Source: Candidatus Omnitrophota bacterium
GTDB lineage: Bacteria; Omnitrophota; Gorgyraeia; Gygaellales; Profunditerraquicolaceae
Direction of reading: 5' to 3'
Assembly: GCA_049517335.1 (NCBI GenBank)
Contig: JBEKSD010000005.1
Span: 1 to 64,000 of the forward strand
Length of the DNA: 64,000 nt
The translations under genes and the position numbers were made by a program. This document shows, piece after piece, positions 39,499 to 49,878 of this stretch (positions are counted from its first letter, which is position 1; each line of letters starts with the position of its first letter). The notes under the pieces were generated by a model that saw only the letters and a list, made by a program, of their open reading frames with translations, searched no databases and was not told the DNA's origin.

Positions 39499-40511
39499 AG
39501 AAAGTAACCATGATAGAATTGAGCAGATCTATTGGAAATAAGAATTTTACTCTTGGTGTGTTATATCTTTTTTATCCAAACGGGCAGCAATACCAAAAAG
39601 ATAAGCCCATCCGAGCCTTAAAAAAAATTCTTTCACGGTTTGAATGTACAAAGTACATAATCTATATAAATAATGCGGCAGGGTCAGATTTTTTGCAGAA
39701 AATTTCAGAAAATGAATTCGAGATCAGTGGCGATAATAGTCATATGGAATTTTCGGGCTGGCAGAAAGGGATTGATTTTTCCAAGAAAAACAATTTACCC
39801 TGCGATGCTTATCTTTTTGTCAATGATATGTTTCTTCATGATTCATTTTTTCACCGGCGGTTAGTCAATCAGGCCGTGCTTGAGTGCGCCCTTGACCACC
39901 AGGCAATGGTGGGCAGTCAGAGGCGTCTTCCTGTATCCGGAAAAATTATGGGCAATGATATTATTCCTTACGTGCGGACACACCTATTTATTATTTCAAA
40001 GAAAATTGTTGATGCTTTGGGTTCTCTAATTAGTATTGACAGACAATCGATGGAAAGATTTTTTATTCCGTATTATGATCCAGCGATTTATTTATTTCGT
40101 GAAAATGCCCCAATCTCCCAAAATGTAAAAGATTTTATCTTTTTTTATCTCACCTCTACATGGTACCGGAAAAAACCTTATAAGCCTCAAAATTTCGAAA
40201 TTTTAAGAAATAAAGCATTATCGCTTTTAAATGCTTTTTTACTCTCTATCAGGGTAAGACAACTAGATTATCCTTTGATATCATATAGTAAAACTAAGTT
40301 TTTCTTATCCCAAGCATTTTCGGCAGATCAAATCAATCAAGTTTGGTTTAAAGAGTCAGAAAACAACTCAAGGGCTCCGGCAGAATTGGTCAATAAATTC
40401 TGGCTTAAGAAGACGCCCCCTTATCGTCATTTACCGAAGAAAAAACCTTCTTTTACTTGGGAAAATTTTAAAAATTTGCTGGAAAGATACCCTAGCTTTG
40501 ACCATCTTTGA
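39495..40511 (+). CDS. Hypothetical protein of the glycan locus
   Basis: Long ORF coupled to the upstream GT; GDNSHMEFSGW and FVND suggest a GT-A-like fold. Confidence 0.6.
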   Translation: MKKVTMIELSRSIGNKNFTLGVLYLFYPNGQQYQKDKPIRALKKILSRFECTKYIIYINNAAGSDFLQKISENEFEISGDNSHMEFSGWQKGIDFSKKNNLPCDAYLFVNDMFLHDSFFHRRLVNQAVLECALDHQAMVGSQRRLPVSGKIMGNDIIPYVRTHLFIISKKIVDALGSLISIDRQSMERFFIPYYDPAIYLFRENAPISQNVKDFIFFYLTSTWYRKKPYKPQNFEILRNKALSLLNAFLLSIRVRQLDYPLISYSKTKFFLSQAFSADQINQVWFKESENNSRAPAELVNKFWLKKTPPYRHLPKKKPSFTWENFKNLLERYPSFDHL

Positions 40512-40613
40512 TAAATTTAAAGATCTGGGAAAATAGAGATAGCCCACAAACTATTTGATTTATATAACGAAACCGGAGAATTAAAATGAGATATTTTTTA
40601 TGATAGGACTTAA

Positions 40614-41915
40614 ATGATTTTTTTTCGAAAAATATTTTGGGTCATTATTAAAAAAAAACTGTTTAGTTACTGGCGCAGAAATAGAAATATTTACCGTTGT
40701 TATATTCGCCATAGTGCAGCCTTGGAGCCTCAAAATCCTTTTTTATCTGATTGGGATGTAGTTTTTTTTATAACTGCCTCTAATATTGACGAGTTGCGAA
40801 AGGTCCGTAAGCAGATTGACCGAGATTTTAAAAGAAGTTTTATTTTTCGATATCTCATTCAACATTCTCTTACTCTTCCAGCTACAAAAAATGCCTACGA
40901 CTTATGTAAAAAATATTATCCGTTCCGCTCAATTTATCCTATAGAAACGTGGCTTTCCGTTGATAAAGAAATACCCGTTACGTCCATACCTACAAAAAAT
41001 CTTTCTTTGCCATTAGACCATACTCCAGAAAATTTTTTTGCATGTTATATGGTCCCTGCCTTAATGGGAAAAATAAAGCATAATATATTTGAACGCGCTT
41101 TTATTACAAGAAAACTCAAAAAGGATTATTTATGGACGGAAATAAGTTACCCTAGAATAAATTTTTTGTCTTTTTATGAAGTATTATTAGCGGAGATTGA
41201 TATCTGGGATCAATTTTATAAAAAAATAGAATTTATAAAAAATGATGAGAAAATAACTTTTCGTTCAGGAAACTTTTTTAGTTATTTAAATTTTATTGAG
41301 CGTTGGAGAACTACCCCAAATTATTGTAAAGATTCTGAAAAGGTCTCTAGTTTATGGATTTATCCGGCTTCACATAATGATAATATCCCAAATGTATCTC
41401 TTAATTTAAAACCCTCTATTTCTACTAAAACTTGCCAGAAAATTATAAGTATGGTTCTTAAAACTTTTAGCGGACTTGATTACACTTTACTTTTGGGGAC
41501 TGAAGAGTCGATGATAGGTCGTATTAATGGGCTAAGCGGAGTTTGCCTGCTGGAACCTTGGCTTTTTAAATATCAAGGCTGTTGTCTCTTTGGTGATCCA
41601 CTAATAAAAGGAAAAATTATAAAACCGAGCCTACAAATGCTTAAACAAAAATACCAGGAATTTCTCTTTTATCTTTTTAACAGATTTCTACGCCAAAATC
41701 CATCACCTTACGCCATTTATAGGCTCTGTTTTACGCTTGATTATCTGTTTAAGCATAGCGAGATAATCTTAGATAATAACGAATTAGCCAAAATATATGG
41801 TACGGAATTTATACCCGAAAGTAAGTTTAATTCTAGAGCTGATACGCCAAAACTTTTATTGTCCCTAAAGAACAAACATGGTTTTGATTTATTTAGAAGT
41901 TGTGTAAATAGTTAA
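40614..41915 (+). CDS. Hypothetical protein with a possible Pol-beta-type nucleotidyltransferase motif
   Basis: YIRHS...FLSDWDVVF resembles the GS...SDxD motif. Confidence 0.5.
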   Translation: MIFFRKIFWVIIKKKLFSYWRRNRNIYRCYIRHSAALEPQNPFLSDWDVVFFITASNIDELRKVRKQIDRDFKRSFIFRYLIQHSLTLPATKNAYDLCKKYYPFRSIYPIETWLSVDKEIPVTSIPTKNLSLPLDHTPENFFACYMVPALMGKIKHNIFERAFITRKLKKDYLWTEISYPRINFLSFYEVLLAEIDIWDQFYKKIEFIKNDEKITFRSGNFFSYLNFIERWRTTPNYCKDSEKVSSLWIYPASHNDNIPNVSLNLKPSISTKTCQKIISMVLKTFSGLDYTLLLGTEESMIGRINGLSGVCLLEPWLFKYQGCCLFGDPLIKGKIIKPSLQMLKQKYQEFLFYLFNRFLRQNPSPYAIYRLCFTLDYLFKHSEIILDNNELAKIYGTEFIPESKFNSRADTPKLLLSLKNKHGFDLFRSCVNS

Positions 41916-41932
41916 CAACTCTTAGAAATCAT

Positions 41933-42838
41933 ATGGAAAAAGATTTTATGTTAATTTTAGATGTTTCTCATTGTAACTTAAAATGTTTAATGTGCCCCAG
42001 AGGTGGAATTAGCGGATTAGAAAATTCGGCAAAGGGTTTAATGGACTTTAAATTATTTAAACGAATTGTTAACAAATTTGTAGAAGAAAATATCAAAATT
42101 AATTTTCTTGAATTTGGTAATTGGGGAGAACCACTATTAAATCCAGACCTACCTAAAATGATAAATTATGCAAGATCAAAACCCAGATTTATGCGACAAG
42201 GTGCTATTTTGAATGTAAATACTAATCTGACCTCCTTACCAGACGCTACTGTTTTTCTAAAATGCGGAGTAAATTTGGTTCAAATTTCAATCTCCGGGAT
42301 GACTCAAGAAATATATTCAAGAAATCACAAAGGGGGTAATGTCGAATTAGTTTTAAACAACATTAAAAAATTAATAAATGTCAAAAACAATGAAAAACTT
42401 AAGAACGTTGTGTTAAAGTTAACGTTCCATAATTATATATATAACAAAAAGGAAGCAGAATTAGCTAAAAAATTCTGTGATAAGCATGGACTGACATTTA
42501 TTTATCGTCGGATGTACGTACCTTCTGTAGAGGATAATATTAAATTTCAAGAAGAAAAAAGAAAATTATCAAAATTCTATAGTCGATTTATTGACGTCGA
42601 AAAAGAAATGAATTCTATGAAGACTATGGATTTAAAAGATATTAAGAATTGTCGTTTATCTAAGAATCGTGTCACTGTCAACTTCGATGGTCAGCTGTAT
42701 CGCTGTTGTGGTGTTTTTGAAAAAATAAATTTTATGGGCTCTATTTTTGAATTTAAAATTAAGGATATTCCTAATATAAAATCTGAGATTTGTGTAAAGT
42801 GTGCTAAAACTCCTATAAGTTTTAGATTTGCGGTTTAG
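41933..42838 (+). CDS. Radical SAM protein with a SPASM/twitch domain
   Basis: CNLKCLMC, WGEPLL, C-terminal DGQLYRCC...CVKC. Confidence 0.9.
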   Translation: MEKDFMLILDVSHCNLKCLMCPRGGISGLENSAKGLMDFKLFKRIVNKFVEENIKINFLEFGNWGEPLLNPDLPKMINYARSKPRFMRQGAILNVNTNLTSLPDATVFLKCGVNLVQISISGMTQEIYSRNHKGGNVELVLNNIKKLINVKNNEKLKNVVLKLTFHNYIYNKKEAELAKKFCDKHGLTFIYRRMYVPSVEDNIKFQEEKRKLSKFYSRFIDVEKEMNSMKTMDLKDIKNCRLSKNRVTVNFDGQLYRCCGVFEKINFMGSIFEFKIKDIPNIKSEICVKCAKTPISFRFAV

Positions 42839-43000
42839 GCGAGGAAATATGGATAAAATGTCAACGTAAAAATATACAGATTTTTTAGGAGGTGCAAAGG
42901 GAGATTTATAAGAAACTATTATAAGAAACTTGATACTATCAAAACAGCGCAATATATATTAAATAATCAAACTGTGGTAAAAATAAGCAAAACTGTATAA

Positions 43001-43747
43001 ATGGGTAAAATCAAAAGTATCCTGGACTTAAGCCTATCCCTAGCGAAAACCCGCTTTAAGTTAAGAAACGAAGGAACTTACTTAGGGGTATTCTGGTATT
43101 TATTAGAACCATTGTGCATGCTTTTAATCCTTTTATACATATTTTCTTCAAGAAAGCCTAACATCAAGGACTACCCGCTTTACTTGCTCCTTGGGCTGAT
43201 TATGTTTAATCTATTTTCTAATTCAACTATCCAAAGCGCAAAAGCAATTACTGAAAATGCCGGATTTATTAAATCACTAAAAATATCCCATGAAGCTTTA
43301 GTTTTATCGGTTGTCTTCCAAGTTATCTTTACCCATTTTTTTGAAATAGCGGCCCTGTCAATATTTATGATATATTTCAATATCAATCTAACGGGTTTGA
43401 TATTTTATCCGATATTGCTGTTTTTCTACAGCATCTTTATTTGCGGCATATCATTTACATTAGCCGCTGTCGGCGTCCGTATCAACGACATAGCAAACGT
43501 ATGGTCGGTGATTGTTCGCTTAATGTGGTTTGCTACGCCTCTCTTTTATTCTATAAGCGAAAAATCGCTTCAATCTTTATTAAATCCAATAGCATATTTT
43601 ATATCAGCAGGCAGGAGCCTGATTATCAATAACCAACCACCTGCGCTATGGATAGTAATAGGTATAACGTTTATGTCTATAATATCGTTGGCAGTAGGCC
43701 TGTTTATATTCAATCTATCTAAAAATAAATTCGCAGAATATGTTTAA
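43001..43747 (+). CDS. wzm: Polysaccharide ABC exporter permease
   Basis: LGVFWYLLEP, FATPLFY, LNP. Confidence 0.88.
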   Translation: MGKIKSILDLSLSLAKTRFKLRNEGTYLGVFWYLLEPLCMLLILLYIFSSRKPNIKDYPLYLLLGLIMFNLFSNSTIQSAKAITENAGFIKSLKISHEALVLSVVFQVIFTHFFEIAALSIFMIYFNINLTGLIFYPILLFFYSIFICGISFTLAAVGVRINDIANVWSVIVRLMWFATPLFYSISEKSLQSLLNPIAYFISAGRSLIINNQPPALWIVIGITFMSIISLAVGLFIFNLSKNKFAEYV

Positions 43748-44482
43748 ATGGAAAGAATAACAATTAATAGAATATCAAAACAATTCGTTATTACTAACAA
43801 AGATAATACTATTTTAGAGACTATATTAGGTCTCTTTAATAAGCAAACCAATAAAATTTTCTGGGCATTGAAAAATATATCCTTCAGTGCCAAAGAAAAG
43901 GAGAATATCGGTATTATCGGGAGAAATGGAAGCGGCAAAAGCACATTACTACAAGCTATAGCGGGTATTTACACGATAGATTCAGGCACTATAATAACCA
44001 GGGGTAAAATTGTTTACCTCAATGGCTTAGCTCCGGGGTTAAAAAGGAAACTAACTATGAGAGAAAATATCTATCTAATAGGTTCGCTTTTGGGGCTTGG
44101 CCAGAATGATATAAAGACTAAATTCAACTCAATAATTGAATTCTCCGGGATGAAAGAGTTTGTTAACACAAAAATATTTCAACTTTCTTCGGGTATGATT
44201 TCAAGATTTACTTTTTCAGCCACAATCCATTTTGTTGAGCACAATAACCCAGATATTATCCTGCTCGATGAAGTTTTCGGTTCCGGAGCCGATGCAGATT
44301 TCGAAAAAAAAGCTACACGGAGAATGGAAGAACTTATAAAGAGTGGCGCAACAGTATTATTAGCCAGCCATAATCTGAATTTTATTAATGAATATTGCCA
44401 CAGGGCAATATGGCTGGATAAGGGAGAAATTATAAAAGAAGGTAATCCGCAAGAGGTTTGCGATGCCTATAAAAAAAGCTAG
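43748..44482 (+). CDS. wzt: Polysaccharide ABC exporter ATPase
   Basis: GRNGSGKS, LSSGM, LLDE, ASH; no C-terminal carbohydrate-binding domain. Confidence 0.9.
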   Translation: MERITINRISKQFVITNKDNTILETILGLFNKQTNKIFWALKNISFSAKEKENIGIIGRNGSGKSTLLQAIAGIYTIDSGTIITRGKIVYLNGLAPGLKRKLTMRENIYLIGSLLGLGQNDIKTKFNSIIEFSGMKEFVNTKIFQLSSGMISRFTFSATIHFVEHNNPDIILLDEVFGSGADADFEKKATRRMEELIKSGATVLLASHNLNFINEYCHRAIWLDKGEIIKEGNPQEVCDAYKKS

Positions 44483-44689
44483 CTACTCAACCCTTCATAT
44501 CCGCAAAACGGCTATTCTTAAACAGTCTTTATGTTTTTGTATCTTTGAGTTTTAAATAGGTAGGTTATTTTCCTCTCTAAAAACAATACCCAAGAAATAA
44601 TTAGTTACCTCATCTTCAACGAAGGAAAAATAGCATAACAAATATGCCTAAAGACACAGGCGAGTTTATAGGTGGGGCTTGATTAAATA

Positions 44690-45690
44690 TAAACAAGCCT
44701 GGTCCGGGTATCGTAAAATTCATTAAGAATAACTGAAGTGAGGGTTATACTGTCTTCTTCTTCCTCCTCCTTACGAAAGCGGAAGAATTCTACGACTATT
44801 CTATGCAGCTCCGGTTTATCCGAAGACCACTCCCAGAGAGATTCTGATATCTTGGGATGGATAAAAAGAAAGGACTTTAAACTTATGTTCCCAGATCCTG
44901 TTCTTTACTTCGCCGTGCCAGAGATCTAGCAACCCTCCTTCCGTATAATAAACGCTTCCCTTTATATCTCTGTATACCCTATCTGCCCAACCAAAATAAT
45001 CCAAAAGAATGAACTCAGGGCAATCATTACGTACCCAACTAGGAAGATCTATTCCGAAATAGGCAACTACCTAAAACATATCTAAGATCCAAGGGGTCAT
45101 AAAAAAGATGTTCTTCAATTACTAACCTTCTCAAGACCCAGCAGAAGCCGGCCTGGCTAAACATGCTATTTCTGGGGAATTGGTAAGCCGCGCTGTATAA
45201 CTTCTGGCCTTCACTCCACCTAAAAAGTAAGGTTCTTCATATCCTCCGGAGAAATATCATAAACTCCCCTAACAAGACGCGTAGACTGCTCAAACGGCTA
45301 AACCACGATATACTTCTCTAGGGCCGCAGAGGTCCCTTCTATCCAATGGTCGTTCTTAAAAATGATGTCACAGTCAAGCCAGGTAAGCTTATCACATTCA
45401 GGAGGAAGATGTTTTAACCCTATATTTAAACTTTGCCACATCAGGTTATTTTCTTTGCCTCCTTTTAATTAAATCAGGATTTCTGCGTCTTGCTTATCCT
45501 CCAACTCAAAGTAGTCATCGTCAAAAACAAGCTCAACTCCAGCAGGTTTAACCCTTGTCTTCGGGAACTCTCCCTGAAGATACGATAATTATCGTATTTA
45601 TTCCCATACTGACAGGGATTAAAAAAGGTAGTGATACCCTAAAAGGTTCCCGGTAGTTTTACGGGAAAATCGGAATACTATTCTTCAAAT
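44690..45690 (-). pseudogene. Degraded GT-A-like protein
   Basis: The minus strand reads GITTFFNP...NYRIF...(frameshift)VELVF...LI*...LPPECDKLTWLDCDIIF...VV*PF with in-frame stops. Boundaries are approximate. Confidence 0.55.
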
Positions 45691-45884
45691 TATAATTGAT
45701 CATTTATTAATACTGCCTCCTGATTGAATAATCGGTTCAGGCACATATCCGTGGAATTGCTGTCTACAACTATAACTTCGTAATTATTATAATTCTGGTT
45801 TAAAACGGAGTTCAGGCATCCCGGCAATGTATTTTCCCCGTTATACATCGGTATGATAACAGAAACCTTCGGTTCAGGGTCCAC
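45690..45884 (-). pseudogene. Truncated GT2 N-terminal fragment
   Basis: VSVIIPMYN...[11 protein letters not shown], ending after 64 aa. Confidence 0.7.
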
Positions 45885-46968
45885 GGAAATCCCCTATCTG
45901 CTCTTTGATTTTATTGATAAAAACCTTTGTATCAAATTTCTGCGCTTGCTTCAAGCAAGCATCTTTATATCTTTGGGGATTTTCCGCTGTTTCCTTAATT
46001 GCGTTAACTAATTTATCAATATTAATATCATTGATCAGTTTTCCCGTAATACCGTCAATCACTGTTTCTCTATACCCGCCCTCGTTCGGAGCGATTACAG
46101 GTTTTCCCGATGCCATAGCTTCTATTACGGCCATGCCAAAGTCTTCGTCTTTTGCGCTAGTGATGAAGCCTTTGCAATTCGCATATAGATCTATGAGCTT
46201 ATCAGAATTGACCCAGCTTATAATCTCGACATTTTCAGGCTTTATCTTTTTTATATAATCAGCATATGATTGAAAATGCCTGGATCGTTCATAACTTCCC
46301 ACAATAATCAATTTTTCGTTTGGCAGCCTGGAAAAAGCCTTAATTTGCATATCGATTCTTTTATGATAGAAGAGCCTATTTACAGAAAGCCAGTAGTCTC
46401 CTGGTTCTTTATAATGATACCTTGAAATCTCTATGGGTGGATTGATAACCGCAGCCTCTCTTTGCAGGTATTTTTTTACTCTTTTCCGGGTATTCTCCGA
46501 ATTACAAACTATTTTATTAACATGTTTAACGTATTTTTTGTTTAAATGACGATTATAACGTGCCCAAGCATCAAAAATCCATCTCTGGGAAGGATGAACG
46601 ATATTTTCCCTTGTATATTGATATAAATCCCAAATCTCTCTTATGGGAGAATGGACGAACCATAGATTCGGCTTGTTATTGACCGCTCCAGACACTGCCC
46701 AGTCGCCGTCTATAATGAAAAAATCATACCTCTTTTTAAGGTTTAACTGCCTGAATCTCCACAAAGCCGTCTGATGACGGAAAGGGGCGTTAATTGGAAC
46801 TTTTCCTATCGATTCCAAATTTATATCGGAAAAGCCCATTTTTCTTATTTTATCTTCATCTATGTTTGTGGTATAGAAATCTGCATTAAGTTCCCGCGCT
46901 AAAGTCAAACCAACAATCTCAGCTCCTCCGATGTTATCCATGAAATTATGGAATATTGCGACTTTCAT
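45874..46968 (-). CDS. GT4 glycosyltransferase
   Basis: [22 protein letters not shown]. Confidence 0.9.
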   Translation of the reverse strand: MKVAIFHNFMDNIGGAEIVGLTLARELNADFYTTNIDEDKIRKMGFSDINLESIGKVPINAPFRHQTALWRFRQLNLKKRYDFFIIDGDWAVSGAVNNKPNLWFVHSPIREIWDLYQYTRENIVHPSQRWIFDAWARYNRHLNKKYVKHVNKIVCNSENTRKRVKKYLQREAAVINPPIEISRYHYKEPGDYWLSVNRLFYHKRIDMQIKAFSRLPNEKLIIVGSYERSRHFQSYADYIKKIKPENVEIISWVNSDKLIDLYANCKGFITSAKDEDFGMAVIEAMASGKPVIAPNEGGYRETVIDGITGKLINDINIDKLVNAIKETAENPQRYKDACLKQAQKFDTKVFINKIKEQIGDFRGP

Positions 46969-47003
46969 CCTGTATCATTAACCCTATTATTATGCTCAAA
47001 TTC

Positions 47004-48725
47004 TCAATTCAGTTTATAAACTCTTACATCATTATTGTCGTAAACTTTATGCAGGTGGTCCTCGTAAAGCCTGATATTTATTAAATGACTTTGAGGGGGA
47101 TAAAGCATTAGAATATATGCTTCCTGCATTCTTTTAGTTAAAACTATATAATCAATTTTAAGGTCCCGAATTAAAATATTAATAGCGCCTAAAAAAACAG
47201 GGAGATTATCCTGATAAAACAGATTATAAACCAAAGGGCTTTTGTCATTTGCGCCTTCTACATTAAAGTATCCTTTTAAAATAAGCTGGTTTATAAAAAA
47301 TTGATCCGAGAATATTTTCCCCTTTAAAGTGTTCCTAATCCAGGCTACACCTTCAATTTCCTTGTCGGATGTTTCAAAAAATATTTTTTTATCCTTCACA
47401 ATATAAAAACTGCTGATTAGAATAAAGACAAAAGATAAAATAAAGAATTGCTTAAAGTATTTTTCTGGGATCGTGAGAAAAAACAAGCCTGCGAATGCGA
47501 AGTAATCGAAGATTCTCGTTGGTAGATTAACGTGAAGGAATCCATAACTAACAATTAAGATCGGGATTAAACAAAACAATAAGTCTATGTCGCCTTTGGA
47601 AAAACTTCTTTTTCGTATCATAGAGGATATAAAAGTTAAACCGCATAAAAAGAAAAAAATCATTTGCCAACGGAGTGCAGACAACCCTAAAAAAACAGGA
47701 TCCTTATAGGCAGTTGCTAAGTTTATATCTAAAAAATCTCTTAATGTCTCTAATCTCCTCAAACTATATGCCCACATATTTGAAAAAATATAGATAAAAC
47801 CAATTAATATTATCGCAATTAACAAAAAGGCTTGAACCTTTTCATTTTTTAAAAAATTTTTTAATGTTTTAGTTAGTTTTCTCGTTTCAATTAAATCTTT
47901 CGCAAATAACGCGATGGTAAATCCAAGGGAAGCTAAAAGCATAACTACCGATCCGGTATAGTAAGTAAAAGCCATCACGATTGCCGATAATAACGCTACC
48001 CAAAATATTCCTTTTTCTTCCAATTTAAACAGTAAAAATAGCGGGAATATAGATACATAAGCAAAAGAATGCCCTACAATAGAGCTTGTCATATGGAATA
48101 ACTCAACCGGCCCCAGAGCCATCAAAACAATACCCATGTATGCTGTTTTTTTATTTCTATATTCATTGAAAATTATATAAATAAACCCTAAAAACACGAA
48201 CGTTACCAAGAAAATGCCTAAAAATTTATTATTTACAGATAAATATCGGAGAGAAATTTCCGCCGCCTTTAATCCGATGTAGCTGGTGCGGTCAGCGGCC
48301 AATCCAGTATAAAACCCAAGGTCGGGTACGGCGGATCCAACAAATTTAAAAGCATAAGCAGACACATCAGAAACATTTTTTATTCCCCCCCAAAACCATA
48401 ATCTCCAAAAAGTCCCGATTAATGAAAAAAACGCCACATACCATATATCCTTAAGGTAATATGTCTTATATTGCTTTTCGTTTAGTCTCAAGATTAATAG
48501 GAATAATAGAGTTAAAAAAGACAAGGATAGAACCGTATTCAAAAGAGTCAAAAATCTCAAAGAATAAAAGAAAATTCCGTTTATTGTGGAAATAGAAACT
48601 GCCAGAACGATAGAGTAAACCGCTCTTTTAATGATGTCTATTCTTGGAAAAATAATATAACTTAATAAAATTGCCGGAGTAAAAAAAAGGAAACTTAAAA
48701 TTTGCGGGATTGTTCGTATAATCAT
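47004..48725 (-). CDS. Polytopic membrane protein (GT-C-like architecture)
   Basis: More than 12 TM segments plus a soluble C-terminal domain ending KVYDNNDVRVY. Confidence 0.65.
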   Translation of the reverse strand: MIIRTIPQILSFLFFTPAILLSYIIFPRIDIIKRAVYSIVLAVSISTINGIFFYSLRFLTLLNTVLSLSFLTLLFLLILRLNEKQYKTYYLKDIWYVAFFSLIGTFWRLWFWGGIKNVSDVSAYAFKFVGSAVPDLGFYTGLAADRTSYIGLKAAEISLRYLSVNNKFLGIFLVTFVFLGFIYIIFNEYRNKKTAYMGIVLMALGPVELFHMTSSIVGHSFAYVSIFPLFLLFKLEEKGIFWVALLSAIVMAFTYYTGSVVMLLASLGFTIALFAKDLIETRKLTKTLKNFLKNEKVQAFLLIAIILIGFIYIFSNMWAYSLRRLETLRDFLDINLATAYKDPVFLGLSALRWQMIFFFLCGLTFISSMIRKRSFSKGDIDLLFCLIPILIVSYGFLHVNLPTRIFDYFAFAGLFFLTIPEKYFKQFFILSFVFILISSFYIVKDKKIFFETSDKEIEGVAWIRNTLKGKIFSDQFFINQLILKGYFNVEGANDKSPLVYNLFYQDNLPVFLGAINILIRDLKIDYIVLTKRMQEAYILMLYPPQSHLINIRLYEDHLHKVYDNNDVRVYKLN

Positions 48726-48726
48726 C

Positions 48727-49878
48727 CTATTTTTCTTTAATCCCCAATATACTCAACATAAATGAAGAAAAGACAGTCTGGATTCCTATAATAATTAGCG
48801 TCAACGCCGCTATTGAGCTTTTTGCCTGATTAATACTACCCAAACCGGAGCTTACCCAGTTAACGTATATTTTTAAATAGATAACCACCCCCAATAATGC
48901 TATCAATATGCCAGTGATGCTTGCTTTCTCTATCGTTATATATCTATATAAGTTATCAAATACGGGCTTCTCTTTCAAATGCACTATCGCATAAGTCTTG
49001 GCAAATAATGAAAATAACACCAACTGATATCCGGCTACTATCAACAGTGACGCTAAGAACATCGGATAAAAATATATCCTTATTCCAAATATCTCCGGTG
49101 AGCTAAAATACATCCATAACATTAAACTTATTCCAGACATAAAAAGAGCGGCTCCCGGCAGGAAAAATAAGAATAGCGGGCTGTATAATAACATAAACCT
49201 TAAGTGCCGCCAACCGTCCGCGAATGACTTTAACTTTGAGCTGCCGAACCTCTTATAATAATTTATCGGAAGCTCTTTTATCTTCAGCCCTTTTTTACCA
49301 GCCATAATAATCATCTCGGAAGCAAACTCCATTCCCGTTGTCTTTAACTCAAGTTTCTCTAACGCTTTTTTAGTTATAGCCCTCATACCACAATGCGCAT
49401 CATACACATCTATCTTAAAGAACAACCTTAGGATCCCTGAAAGCAAAGGGCTGCCTATACGCCTATGAAGCCACGACATCGCCCCTTTCGCTATTTTACC
49501 TTTGAACCTGTTTCCGATGACGAAATCATAGCCTTTCTTGAGTTCTCCAATGAATCTCGGGATTTCATTAAAATCGTAACTCCCGTCACAGTCAACGAGA
49601 AATAAAAATTGGCCCCGGGCAGCCTTAAAACCTTTTGAGTACGCAGCGCCATAGCCCCTTTCTTTCCCATAAACAAGTTTGACTTGCTTTCCCTTGGCAA
49701 TTTTAGAACTATTATCCGTGGAACCGTTATCCACGACTATTATTTCCGCGTTAAGCTTATCCTCTTTGATAATATTCCTTATCCGTTCAAGGCAGAAACC
49801 GATAGCCTCCTCTTCATTCAGGCAGGGCAGGACTATGCTTATCTGCGGGCTATTACCGGATGTTTCTTTTTCCATCAT
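48727..49878 (-). CDS. Polyprenol-phosphate glycosyltransferase (DPM synthase-like GT2) with C-terminal TMs
   Basis: PCLNEE, VDNGSTD, DCDGSY, GMEFASE, DGWRHL. Confidence 0.88.
   Translation of the reverse strand: MMEKETSGNSPQISIVLPCLNEEEAIGFCLERIRNIIKEDKLNAEIIVVDNGSTDNSSKIAKGKQVKLVYGKERGYGAAYSKGFKAARGQFLFLVDCDGSYDFNEIPRFIGELKKGYDFVIGNRFKGKIAKGAMSWLHRRIGSPLLSGILRLFFKIDVYDAHCGMRAITKKALEKLELKTTGMEFASEMIIMAGKKGLKIKELPINYYKRFGSSKLKSFADGWRHLRFMLLYSPLFLFFLPGAALFMSGISLMLWMYFSSPEIFGIRIYFYPMFLASLLIVAGYQLVLFSLFAKTYAIVHLKEKPVFDNLYRYITIEKASITGILIALLGVVIYLKIYVNWVSSGLGSINQAKSSIAALTLIIIGIQTVFSSFMLSILGIKEK

Noticed and set aside
40618-40660. Homopolymer tracts as phase-variation switches
   Set aside because: Runs of 8-9 A or T are expected in DNA this AT-rich, and the frame is intact.
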